A stretch of 64,000 nt of DNA, taken from the NCBI GenBank assembly GCA_046563655.1, contig CM102285.1:5766001-5830000 (forward strand). Reading direction: 5' to 3'. This DNA is from Yuukianura sp. NJ FZ-2021. Its lineage: Eukaryota. This document shows positions 1 to 11,649 of the stretch, one piece after another. A program made the position numbers and the translations under genes. A model generated the notes under the pieces. That model worked only from the letters and a program-made list of their open reading frames with translations. It was not told where the DNA came from and did not search any database. How positions within the stretch are numbered: position 1 is the stretch's first letter; the number at the start of each line of letters is the position of its first letter.

Positions 1-221
1 TGAAATAGGATTTGTGAAGACAGACGCAAAATAGGTCCAGAAATTCCAGAGTTGTTACAGCTACAGACACGCAGAACGACAGACGGACAGATAGATTTTA
101 GTAAAAAATATAAAGTAGCATACTACTCCCGCTACTTAAAAGGCAAGGCTAAGGTTGATTGAGCATAAAGAGTGACTACCTCTAATCGACGAATTTCCGC
201 CTGCGCAAAAACAGATCTTAT

Positions 222-1959
222 TCAAAATGCACACAGTAGATCGACGACATTTGCGATAATGATATCTTGCATGACAGATGGGAATGTGGATTCGCTGATG
301 TAAGTAGTCGATGAAATATTTGTACGGATTGGACGCAACGCCAGGAGAAATTTGTCTTGGATTTTGGATACTTTTCGAGTTTTGGAGCGGATGAAAGTTT
401 TGCGGAAATCGCTTGTACTTGCGAAAATGCTCGCCGACATGTCCATGAATATTTTCATCATTGTCATAATAGCAATAATGAATCCAGTTGCCAAGGTTGA
501 TTCAAAGAAGCCGCATTCCGGTGCACAGTAGATTGTGCAGAATAGCATTTCGATTATGCAAATGTATCCAATGACCATCACAGCTCCAAGATAATTCTGC
601 ATTTCGATGTTGAATTCTTGGAACAAAAGTTGCGCCACTTGGTATTGACGCAATGGCGCAACATCGTTTTCGTCATGGTTGGCTCTGTAAAGCAAAAAAA
701 GAAGCAATGGCACGCGTAGCACAAAATAGGTACAGACTAATCCGCTGATTCGCTGATGGGATTCCGCCTTAAGTTTCGCGGACATATCACTTGCGTCCAA
801 TCATGGAATCCGCGGGATAGTCCAATGTTCCTTGACAACGAAAAGTTAATTTTCTTTAACAGGTTGGGTTGCGCTTTAACAGGCGCTTGTTGACGAAAAA
901 AACAACACAAAAAATAGTATCAATAAAGTATTACCCACCCAAAAATTGGTACAACCTCGTACGCAAAATTTAAAAAAATTAGCAGTATCGTTATAACGAT
1001 ACGATAACGATCGTGGTCATATATGACCACGATGCCCCGAAATGAAAGGATTACTTTTTTTTGTAAAATCGAAAAAAACATAAGCTATTACCCAACCTGT
1101 TAAAGAAAATCAAAAGTCAACAAACCTTGGGAATAGGCTGTCCCAAATTGAAAATGTAAATGCACATGCACAAATGTATATACATGGGTATACCGTGTAG
1201 CCAGGTCAGGAATGATGACATTGGCAGCTCGAAGCGCCATCAACGGCATGCTGATGGCGAACAAGAACAGGAAGTCGATGAATACGACAACCAACATGAT
1301 CACACTGAAAACGCCAACGGCGATTTCATAGTAACTCCCAAAGACTTGTATCGTTAAAAATCGGGCCAGTTTCATAGCATGAGTCTCCGTTTCAAAGTAT
1401 ATGAAAACGACAAAGGGCACGAGCGCCAATGACAACGACAACATCATCAGCAGTGGCCGGATAACTTTGGCTGGATCGGCTTCCTTTTGCGCATCTTCCG
1501 GGACATATTCTATGACGGTAATTTTAAACCGATTTTTAAAAAATTAAGAAAAAGTGTGCTTAAAAAATACCAACTAGTCTTACTCAGTAGTTGCATGAAT
1601 TCCATGACTTTTTTGAAAAAACTTGCCACAGCGTCGTACTTTAAGAGCGCCAGAAATTGGAATACCAAGCATCCGCTTATCATTATTACAAGACCGGAAG
1701 CCTCGATGCGATCTTTAGTAGGAATGTCCGGTACGGTTCGGTCATATACAGCGATTGCGAGGATAGTCAAGAAGTGGACGCCAATCAATACGCTAATACC
1801 GATTCGGAATCGATAGCGGTTTGACGGATTCATGACTATTTTGACCACTGTTTCGCCAGTCGTATCGTTCTTTGTAAATGTAAAGAAATACGGAAAAAGA
1901 CCCAGAGAGCTTCCAACGTTCCAATAGTTGAACAATATCAAGGCTTGTTCAAAAACCAT
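222..1959 (-). CDS. Multi-pass chemoreceptor-like protein (gustatory/odorant receptor-like), 3 exons, apparently intact
   Basis: Exons 1959-1584, 1509-1194 and 684-222 join in frame through GT-AG introns (phases 1 and 2). Several hydrophobic helices. C-terminus 'FLLALRPIRTNI...IIIANVVDLL' resembles that of the receptor at 55222. Confidence 0.7.
826..1133. mobile_element. Intronic MITE-like element with imperfect inverted ends; second copy at about 34970-35226
   Basis: Left 'ttttctttaacaggttgggt' is inverted relative to right 'acccaacctgttaaagaaaa'. Both ends recur in an intron at about 34970-35226. Confidence 0.6.
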
Positions 1960-2624
1960 TTCGGTCGTTGTTCTCAACCGAGGAACCTTACTGGTATATC
2001 GTACTGCACAGAAGTCATTCCCGAGTTTTGAAAAACCGCCAAGAAAACTTCCCTTTTCGAGAAAGTTTCCTTTGCGTTTTTTTCAAAGCTCGGGAACTAC
2101 TGTGCAGAACGATAAAAAGGCTACCGTAGTTCGGTGGGGGGTAGTTCGCTAGAAGGTCGTTATATTGTTAGCAAAATCGTATGTTCTGTCCAAAAGTTGC
2201 TGTAGAGTCTATTTCTACAAATGCCCTTAACATGTCATACCATAACTCGATTTTTCAAAAAATTGCGAAAACACAAATTTTGTTCAAATTTTGTACTAAT
2301 CCCGGTCGCTTTGCGGCTAGAGGTCAAGACATCCTTTTTCAGAAAAAAATGAAAACAGACAATTGAATAAACAGGAGTTATGGTATAACCTTTTAAGAAA
2401 GACAAATGAAATTTTGATTTAAACAACCTTGCTCTGTCCTGCAAGTGATCTACGGTTGGCTTTCCGTAATTTTAAAATTTTTGAATTATTTTCTCCATTC
2501 TTTTTGTACGAACCTTCCAGCGGTGAATACAAGCCTGGACGCCTATCCAGTGCGTTTAGTTGTTTTCGTGGAAATTTTCAATTAGAAAGTAAGTAGGTAA
2601 CTGAAAATTTAACAAAAATTATCT

Positions 2625-2902
2625 TAAAAAATTGGAACCACTTCCGTCGTTTTTGTAGAAGCAGAAATTTTTGTGCTTGTTTTTCATGTTTAATAAATTA
2701 GGAACAAGTTATGAGAACAAATTGATTATTAAACGAAAAATGATGTCACGCACATTGTTCTATTTCTAATTAGAATTGGAATTTTAAAAAATGAGACCAC
2801 TTCCTTAATTTTGTGGAAAGCGGAATCTTTTTTCAAATTTAATAAATTGAAAACCCAAGTTTTGAAAACAAGTGGATTATTTAGCGGCAAATGATGTCAC
2901 GC
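2625..2902. repeat. Diverged tandem duplication, period about 160 bp
   Basis: Two units of the form 'accacttcc...taataaatt...aatgatgtcacgc'. Confidence 0.6.
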
Positions 2903-4088
2903 CATTTTTCCAACGCAACCCCTACAAGTGAACGTGGAAACCTTGAACAGGAAGCTGACGGAATTACGGAACGGACGGCGTAGAACGAGACCCAAAGCAA
3001 ATGAGTCGGCTAACTTACTACTTCTACGCTGACTAAAAGCTCCGCACTAAATACTCTGTCCAAATTCAACCCACTCGTCGTAAATGTTGTTATCACGCAG
3101 ATACTGTTTATAACTGTCCATTAACACAATTCTAATTAACATTAAATAAAGTACAATCCTAAGCAGTTCAATAAAAGCTTGTACCGTTAAACTTCTAAAA
3201 GAAGCCCGGTCTTTTATTGATTTTTGAACCTTGCAGACACCCGGCTTATGTTGGAAGCTCGGCGTTTATTGGAGACGGACTTCTATTTCCAATTTGAGAA
3301 TTCGCAACTCTTTTGAACAACAAAATCAAACAAAATGTCCCACTTTTTTCAATTTAGAATTGGTTTTTTGAAATTAATGGGAAATATTCCCCATTAAAAT
3401 AGAAATTGTGCATAATACCAATATTAGCTGTCCTAAAAATGTCCTTTTTGTTGAGTATAAAACAACAGGACAAACGTGAAGGTCAAAATACCAATCGATT
3501 TTTGGCAAGGTTCGTAAACAAAAAAAAAAGTTTACGCCATGATGTGTACCAAAAATTCGGGCTGTTAATTTATTTTTGTTTTGTAGAAATTTATAAAAAT
3601 GGAACCGGTTAAACTTTACCTCTAATTTATGACTTTTTCCACGTTTTTTTAGTCCTAGCCAATTTACTAAGGGGTTCATAGTTTGAAAAAAGAATCGAGA
3701 GAAGAGGCATAGGCAAAAATGGTGCTAAAAGCTGTTTGAAGCAAGGTTTTTGTAAATCCTGAGCAACGTGTTATAGGAAATGGTACGATTGTTACGTGCC
3801 GTATGAATTTATTAAAGTATATGAAATTCACAAAAATTTGAATTTTGAAGTTAGTTTGAAAATTCAAAAAACAGCAAGTTTAAAAATAAACAAAACGAGT
3901 TTCGGTAATGATTGAAACCTCCTCGGCGTGAAATAACTCATCTAATTTTACTCAAATATATTACATTATTTATTAAATGTTAGATATATTATTAGGATAT
4001 TATAATGTTCTCGTCAATTCATTTACTCTCTAAAAGCTAAAATTTAGACAGTATACTGCAACGTCAGCTAAATTGATGCAGGTAAAAT

Positions 4089-4470
4089 TGTAATTAAAAC
4101 TAAGTTTCTTTTTTTTCAAAAGTGTAAGGTCAGGTCACTTGACCTAACCATAAAGTTAGCATCCTGTTTTTGATCCAGTTTCTTAAAATCTTTTGAGAAT
4201 CTGCCGACTTGTTTTTCAATCTCCCTTTTCCAATTCTAAAAGTGCAAGGACTTCCTGTCATAAAAATCCTCATATGACGGTCACCCATACAATAGTATTA
4301 GGTGACCCCAAAAACTGTTTTTGCTCTCAATTTCAGTTTTATACTTTCTATCCTTTTATTATGTTACAAACAAACCCTTAGCTAAGGACAATACCTTTTT
4401 GCTAAGTATAAATATTTCTGGAATCTCTGAATAAATCATCAGTATTCTTCCGAATCTCTTACTTACTACA
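4089..4470 (+). repeat. 5' LTR of copia element (382 bp)
   Basis: TGTAATT...TACTACA. About 8 substitutions versus the 3' LTR, counted by eye. TATA-like 'tataaata' and 'aataaa' near the 3' end. Confidence 0.97.
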
Positions 4471-4486
4471 TCGTAGCAGAGGTTGG
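4471..4486 (+). promoter_or_regulatory. Primer-binding site, initiator tRNA-Met type
   Basis: TCGTAGCAGAGGTTGG immediately after the LTR. It matches TGGTAGCAGAGGATGG (complement of the 3' end of an animal initiator tRNA-Met) with 2 mismatches. Confidence 0.8.
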
Positions 4487-4821
4487 GGGTTGTCTAAAAC
4501 AATAACGTTTAAAGCTTCAAATCTTGAAACATTAGGGAAAACTCTGTCCATCCCAAAGCTCAGGAGCACTCAACGTCCGATTGTTGTACTCCAATCGCTC
4601 AAACGTCACAAAGCATCGATTTGTTGCCCCAGTTCAGGCATCCAGTCAACAGCTCCTCTCGCGTGGAGGTTGAAATTAGCTTGTGTTGCACAAACTGGCT
4701 GTGTGGTGCATATCACCTCGTTGACACAGAGACTTGGAGAGGAACGTTGGCAAAGAGTTGTCCCTGTGGCCAAAGTTGTTCAGAGTCTACCTATTGTTTT
4801 AAAGGTTTAAAACAATAAGAA

Positions 4822-5700
4822 ATGTCTACGCCAGCAACAACAACCAAAAAAAGATCGACATTACGCATGTCGTCAAGCTTAACGACAAAAACTACGCGGT
4901 ATGGAGGTTCCAGATAACAGCCATATTAAAAGCCGCCACGCTGATTGGCGTTGTCGATGGGTCGAAGCCACGCCCAGGAGCAGCCAGCATGGGATGAGCT
5001 GGCCATTGAAGCTCAAGCTCTTGTAACCCCAACCTTGGATGAACGAAACGCAAGCCATGTCATCAATTGTCAAACTTCTAAGGAGATCGTGGACCGCCTC
5101 AAAAGTATCCACTCAGATGCCAGCCAGCTTAACAAGCAGCTAACACTCTCAGCATTCCTTAACTACAAAATTAAGGAAAATCAAACTCTACAAGAAGCCT
5201 ATGAAGATCTGGAGAAGCTCTCTAGTAACTTAAGAGATATCGGTAGCCAGTCGATGACTCTGTCGGCATTACAAAACTTGTCACCGCTTTTCCTGACAAG
5301 TACATTGGATTTCGAAAAGCTTGGTTCAGCGTCACACAGGCTGAACAGACCATGCCGAATCTGCTCGCCCGTCGGTAGCAGGAAGATCTGGAGCACCGCA
5401 ATAAGCCACAAGCGTCTTCCAGCACCTCCAAAGCCTTCCAATGCCTTCCAATGCCAAACCAATGGCAAGAAGAAAACTAATATCGCCGAACTGAAGAAGC
5501 GTACAAACTGCGCCAACTACGGTCGCAGAGGTCATTGGGCGAAGGAATGCCGCAGCCCTTCAACGTCCAATGGCAATGGATCTCACAATGGCAACAACGG
5601 ACAGCACAATGGCAACAACGGAGCACAAACAGCAACAATGGGTCTAGAGCGGGCCAACAGCAAGTCAAGTCAGCGTCAACCTTCATGGCAGGAGGATTAG
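4822..5700 (+). pseudogene. gag: Copia gag (frameshifted)
   Basis: N-terminal 'VVKLNDKNYAVWRFQI'. Zinc knuckle CANYGRRGHWAKEC with the second Cys changed to Tyr. NGNNG repeats follow. Confidence 0.85.
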
Positions 5701-6128
5701 TTGAATCAGAAGCATGGGTCAGTGACAGTGGTGCCACTCATCACATGACTGGAAATCGAGATTGGATCTTCAACTTCAAGCGCTTCGCACAACCCAGGAC
5801 TGTGGAATTGGCCAATGGGCAAAAGGCCAAATCCATTGGATATGGAGATGTCAACATCCTCGTCAAAGAAAACGAAAACGCACGCCATTTTCAAGATGGC
5901 GACGCGATGCAACTCCACCACATCAAGCTAACTCGCGTCTGGTTCGTACCCGGCTTCAGGAATATCATCTCTGAAATCGTCCTAACAGCCAAAGGCTACT
6001 TGATTTCAAGAAACCACTTCTGCACTCAGTACTATGGACAAAAAGGTAACGCTGACATGACAGCAACTCGCAGAGATGGCCTATTCATCCTAAACCTAAA
6101 CGCTGAAGCTAGAGACGACGGAGCCTAA
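5680..6128 (+). pseudogene. Copia aspartic protease domain, copy 1
   Basis: AWVSDSGATHHMTGNRDW...VELANG...GYGDV...VWFVPG...RDGLFIL. Confidence 0.85.
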
Positions 6129-6296
6129 CCCAGCAGATTCGACTCAAAATTCCAAGAAGCGGAGGATTGGCATCCCTCCTGGATATGGCATCACGAAGTA
6201 CCTTCGGGTGGAGACCGAAGTCCGTTTGCTGACGAACCAAATGAAGCAAATCAACGTCATCGCCAAAGGACAAGACAAGAGACCACATTATGCCAC

Positions 6297-6700
6297 AATG
6301 GCAAACACAAATAATAATGATAAGCTAGTATGGTACTCCGATTCTGGAGCTTCTCAACACATTTGTGGAAATAAAGATCTCTTTCTTTCCTTCGAGCCTT
6401 TTATAATTAAGAAGCAGGTTCACCAGACATCGGGTTCACCAGTAGAAGCTCTTTGACAAGGAAACGTGTTAATTGAAGCCCGAATTAGTGGGAAATGGGA
6501 AGAGAGGCTCATCGAAGACGTGCTCTACTTCCCGCAAGCCTCCAACTTGTTCTCGGAAACCGTAATAGCACAGAAGGGCTACATCATCACAAGAAATGTC
6601 CAAGCGACCCTGTTTGCCAAGGATACAGGAGAGCCAGGCCCAATTGCGAAGTTCAAAAATGGGCTTTATATCATGGACTTCAAGCCGCTACAAATACAGC
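6297..6700 (+). pseudogene. Copia aspartic protease domain, copy 2 (one internal stop at 6454-6456)
   Basis: VWYSDSGASQHICGNKDLF...QGNVLI...DVLYFP...NLFSE...KNGLYIM. Confidence 0.85.
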
Positions 6701-6729
6701 ATGCACTTAAATCCACCATAGACGATAGC

Positions 6730-7600
6730 TTCGTATGGCACAAACGACTGTGCCATATCAACTCCAGTTACATCACAGCCACGATTCAAAACGAAGCTGC
6801 CACGGGAATCAAGAACTTCAGCGAACGAACGAAATTAAACTGCGAAGCCTGCCATCTAGGGAAGTAAACTAGGAAGCCCTTCCCATCGTCAACTTCAAAA
6901 CGAAAATGTCTTGTTGGTAAAATGGCGCATGCAGACCTTAGTGGGTACATGGCAGTACATCACTATGAGGCGCCAATTACTTTCTTCTCATCAAAGATGA
7001 AGCATCCGGATTCAAAGTTGTTTATTTCCTGAAACAAAAATCAGAAGCACCAAGCGCCATACATGACTACATCAAGTTCATCGAGAACAAAACTGGAAAT
7101 CCTTTCAAAACACTACGCACAGACAACGGCACTGAGTTCGTAAATGACGAACTTCAGAGCCACCTAGCGAGCCGTGGAATTACACACGACACCACTTAAG
7201 CATATTGCCCAGAGTCCAACGGGAAAATAGAACGTGACATTCGTACAGTTAAAGAAGCAGCCAGAACTCTACTCCATGACTTCAAAACCCCCAACTCATT
7301 TCTGGGGAGAAGCACTAGCAACCTCTGTTTACGTTCTAAACAGAGTCATCAATCGGCAATCTGGAGAAACAACAGCATACGAACAAATTTTTAAAATGAA
7401 GCCCAAGCTTGCACACTTACGCGTGTTTGGCTGCACAGCCTATATGCACATCCCAGCAAACAAAGGATCTGTCTGGAAGCCAAAGAGGCAGAAGAGGATT
7501 TTTGTTGTTTATTCTAATGGCCAGTACCGCTTGTACAATCCAGAGACACGACAAATCATGGTAGCCAGAAATGTCTCATTTATTGAAGAGCAAGAATCCT
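6730..7600 (+). pseudogene. Copia GAG-pre-integrase and integrase (disabled)
   Basis: WHKRLCH...CEACHLGK; HADL; LRTDNGTEF; ESNGKIER; FWGEALATSVYVLNR; LRVFGC. Contains stops and frameshifts. Confidence 0.9.
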
Positions 7601-7959
7601 CTCATCAGCGGATCACAATCAGATCAGCTGTCTCTGACGTGTTTTCTAAACAAGAGGCGAAGGAAGACACTGAACTAAAAGAAGATAGTGACCTTGGGGG
7701 AAAAGAACACGTCAAACGAGAGGATGAAGAGGAACTTGATCTCAGTAATGCCGATACTGAACCCGTGGATCCTGAGGATCTTTCAGAAATACAAGCCCCG
7801 CCTACTATGGAAGTATGTGTTCAAACCAACGATGAGAGCTTTGTCACGAATGTTCCAATCAACAAATCCGTTGAAAAAAGAAAAACAAAAAGCATTTTGA
7901 AATGGAACTGAGGGATCGAAAATCTCCAAAAACGCCCGCAAAGTACCAAGCCAACATGG

Positions 7960-8930
7960 CTCAAGTGCGTGAGACTCCATCTGACTACAACGAAGCAATT
8001 AAAAGCCGAGACTCACATCAATGGATTCAAGCAATGACTGAAGAAATTCAAAGCCATGAGACTGAATTGTCCCAAGACCAGTTAACACAACAACTTTGGA
8101 CAGCCGCTGGATCTACCGCATCAAGAATGGACCAGATGGCGCTGAGCTGTACTAAGCTCGTCTTGTAGCTGGGGGATTCCAACAGCAATACGGAATCGAT
8201 TACGAAGATACATTTGCGTCTGTTTGCCGATTCGAATCTCTTCGACTCGTTTTGGCCATTTCTGCAGCTCTACAACACACCCTATTGCAAATGGACATAA
8301 AAACTGCCTTTCTGCACGGAGAGCTCAAGGAACAAATCTTCATGGAAGTTCCGCAACGGGTCACAGTCAGCGGTAACGTTGTCTGCAACCTAAACAAAAG
8401 CTTATATGGTCTCAAGCAATCTCCGAGATGTTGGAATAAAAAGATCATAGATGCATTGTCCTTCGTCATTGCCACAAGCTCCAAATTTTCAATATACCTC
8501 GGAGTGTACGTAGATGATTGCCTTATCTCAGCACCAGATGAAAAGATGGCTCTGAAAATAGTTGAAGGCATCAAAGAATTCTTCACACTGACATTTAACC
8601 ATGCCGAGACTTTTGTTGGTATCGAAATTACCAAAGTGGATCAAGGGTACTTCATCTGCCAGCAAAAATATGTGAAGCAGTTACTACTTCAATTCAACAT
8701 GCAATACTGCAAAGCCATTTCCACGCCTCTTCAGCCAACCGTGGAACTAATAGCCGCAAAGGAATGTAGCAAGAACGTGCCATATCAACAACTCATTGGG
8801 GCTCTGCTGTTCCTGAGCCGATTGACATATCATACGCTGTGTCGAGGCTGTCGCAGTTTGACAATGCTTATGACACCTCGCACTGGGACCAAGCAAAGAA
8901 CATTCTTCCCTCTCAGGAACTCCAAACCTT
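7960..8930 (+). pseudogene. Copia reverse transcriptase (disabled)
   Basis: QMDIKTAFLHG, LNKSLYGLKQSPRCW, VYVDD, YQQLIGALL. Contains frameshifts and short deletions. Confidence 0.95.
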
Positions 8931-8949
8931 GGAATCAGCTACAAACAGA

Positions 8950-9423
8950 AGAAGCTCCTTACAGCTAATTGGATTTTCAGATTCAGACTTTGCAGGAGAT
9001 AAAAATGATCGAAAGTCCACGAGCGGATTCGTCTTTTTCCTCGGAAACTCACTGATCAGCTGGAAATCAGTTAAACAGCCAATAATAGCGATGTCCTCAA
9101 CAGAGGCCGAATACATTGCTTTGGCTGAAGCTTCACGAGAAGCCGTCTGGTTGAGGGCCCAAATTGACGAACTTGGAATTAAACAAGACCGCCCCACGCA
9201 GATCTTCGTCGACAACCAGAATACTATCAAGCTTTCGCAAAATCCAGAATTTCATAAGCGGACGAAGCACATAGATGTAAAATTCCATTACATCAGAGAA
9301 CTTACAGCTAACAGGATAATCGAAGTAAAATACGTTCCCTCAGCGGAACAAAAAGCGGATATCTTCACTAAAGCACTTCAAAAAACGAAGCATTCCATAA
9401 TGGTGGACAAACTTGGACTCACA
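8950..9423 (+). CDS. Copia RNase H domain, open and continuing in frame into env
   Basis: GFSDSDFAGD...RKSTSG...SSTEAEY...VDNQ...KHIDVKFH...ADIFTKAL. Confidence 0.95.
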
Positions 9424-11038
9424 ATGCCACCCATAGCAAGCAAGCTGTCCCGACTTGTGACTTTGCTCATTATCATGTGCTTATTTTGCTCAACAAACGC
9501 CTGGATGATGACTCAGCCAGTGATTTGGAAGCCATCAGAACTTCCAGTTACCAGTATAATCAACCAAGTTCATCTACTGGTTAAACTTCTCAGGCCATGT
9601 GAGCTACTGTATAACTCAACTATGCACCCGGATCTTGTCGTGCCTGCACAAACAAAGTGCAACAAGATATACAAGGCGCTGTTTTTGGACGAAATTCAAA
9701 TTCTCTGCCCAGGAACCGAAACAACCGAGATTCATCATCCATCTAAACGTGAACTTGGACAGCACAAAAGATTTTTTACGCTGATGGTAATTGCAGGCGC
9801 CATAATCATCACTGCCATTGTCGGAATCGCTGTCGGTATTACCGGAACCGTGATTGCAGTACAAACAAAAAATGAGTTGCTCAACATGCGTGACCTAATG
9901 GCCGAACAAGAAAAAAGGCTTGAAGCCGAAGCAGCCCGACTCCTTGCAGCAGAAACTGCCATCAACGAGCAAAATCAGAACTTGAAAACGCTGGCTGACT
10001 ATCTTAAGGAATACGAAACAGATTTTCAAACCTTGAAAGCTACGCAAGTAGACACCATTTTCGGAATATCTTATATTACAAGCCGTCTACTTTATGGAAA
10101 TCAACTCATCAAAGAAGCAAGGAGGAAATGGAGTACAAGGAAGCCCTATGCTCCTTTGTTTGACTTTTTCAACATGACACTCCCATGCAAAGATGACTGC
10201 CCGCTTCAACACGGAACTCCGCAGAACTGCTGGATGTCCCATGACAAGACTAAGCTATACATAGACTTCACAGTTCCAGTCGTTAATAAACAAGCTCATC
10301 TCGTGGAAGCCGATGCTTTTGTTCAAATGCATCAAACAGAAAATGAGACGTGCACCATCAACTACGTCGGACCACAGATCGCTGTCATTTCAACCGACAA
10401 GGATTGCATTATAACCACAAATGACAACAAGGGATATATGGTTTACTTAGCCGACACAAAGTGTGTCTCCAGCGGATTGCTTCCAAACCCGTCATCATTC
10501 TTCTCAATGAGAAAATGCAATCCAAAGCATGAAAATGACGCCGCGTCGTTCGTGCAAATTAAGTACTTCGACAAGTACTACCATGTTTACTGAGCTGGAA
10601 ACTACATAACAGTTGGCACCGTCACGAAGGAATGCCCAAACGGTACGTTTCTGCTGCCACTAGCGTCCAACTTCCACATCAACAACCAGTACTACAAAGG
10701 GAATGAATTTAAGCTGGAGCACGAAGAAACATTGGCGCCATCGTTCCACACTAACTGGCATCTTCAACCTAAATTCAACTTGGACGAAATCATTGCAAAG
10801 GATTTCGCTACGAAGCTAAGCTACGAAGGATGTTCCAGTCGGTCCAGCCGCCACTATGGAAGACAAGGGGAGCAAGCACTCGCCCTGGTTCATCTCCTTC
10901 ATTGCCCTACTCACGTTGATACTTCTATTTTTGGCGATTCTCATCTACCTGACGATGACTCGGAAGAAGAACAACGTCACCGTTCGGATTGCAAACCAAC
11001 ATCCATCCAATGGAATTCAAATGGGAAATCGAGATTGA
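9424..11038 (+). pseudogene. env: Envelope / class I fusion glycoprotein-like ORF (stop at 10591-10593, frameshift near 10830-10856)
   Basis: Signal-like RLVTLLIIMCLFCSTNA. Basic site QHKR followed by a roughly 30-aa G/A-rich hydrophobic peptide. Heptad-like coiled coil, then a Cys-rich region with N-glycosylation sequons. C-terminal TM 'WFISFIALLTLILLFLAILIYL' and a short basic tail. Confidence 0.85.
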
Positions 11039-11042
11039 GGGG
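11031..11042 (+). promoter_or_regulatory. Polypurine tract of copia element
   Basis: GAGATTGAGGGG just before the 3' LTR. Confidence 0.7.
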
Positions 11043-11045
11043 TCA

Positions 11046-11427
11046 TGTAATTAAAACTAAGTTTCTGTTTTTTCAAAAGTGTAAGGTCAGGTCACTTGAC
11101 CTAAACATAAAGTTAGCATCCTGTTTTTGATCCAGTTTCTTAAAATCTTTTGAGAATCTGCCGACTTGTTTTTCAATCTCCCTTTTCCAATTCTAAAAGT
11201 GCAAGGACTTCCTGTCATAAAAATCCTCATATGACGGTCACCCATACAATAGTATTAGGTGACCCCAAAAACTGTTTTTGCTCTCAATTCCAGTTTTATA
11301 CTTTCTGTCTTTTTATTGTGTTACAAACAAACTCTTAGCTAAGGACAACACCTTTTTGCTAAGTATAAATATTTCTGGAATCTCTGAATAAATCATCAGT
11401 ATTCTTCCGAATCTCTTACTTACTACA
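11046..11427 (+). repeat. 3' LTR of copia element (382 bp)
   Basis: Near-identical direct repeat of 4089-4470, followed by the AAAAT TSD. Confidence 0.97.
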
Positions 11428-11649
11428 AAAATTAAAATGTAGTTTGTGAGACTTCAATGTACTGGTTATCTAATTGATAGTGCAAATATGGCATACGCTA
11501 ATTGAGGATTATGCATTTCTCTCACGTTTTCCTTCGGCTGTTTTCATAAAACTAATTTTCCCGTCGTTACTTTTGCTGTGGAGACAAACGGAAAACTTTA
11601 GTTTTTCTTAGTTTAATCACACGTAGAATGACCAATTGCAAACAGTGAA

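Larger units (their letters stand above)
4089..11427 (+). mobile_element. Full-length Ty1/copia LTR retrotransposon with env-like extension (coding region disabled)
   Basis: Paired TG...CA LTRs. 5-bp TSD AAAAT at 4084-4088 and 11428-11432. PBS and PPT present. Domain order gag-PR-PR-IN-RT-RH-env, which is the copia order. Confidence 0.97.

Noticed and set aside
925..936. AAGTATTAC here (and TAATATTAC at about 56329), resembling CRESS origin nonanucleotides
   Set aside because: No flanking stem, far from the Rep-like gene, and expected by chance in AT-rich DNA.
4193..4381. 62-aa ORF duplicated at 11150-11338
   Set aside because: It lies in the LTRs and starts at TTG. The duplication is explained by LTR identity.
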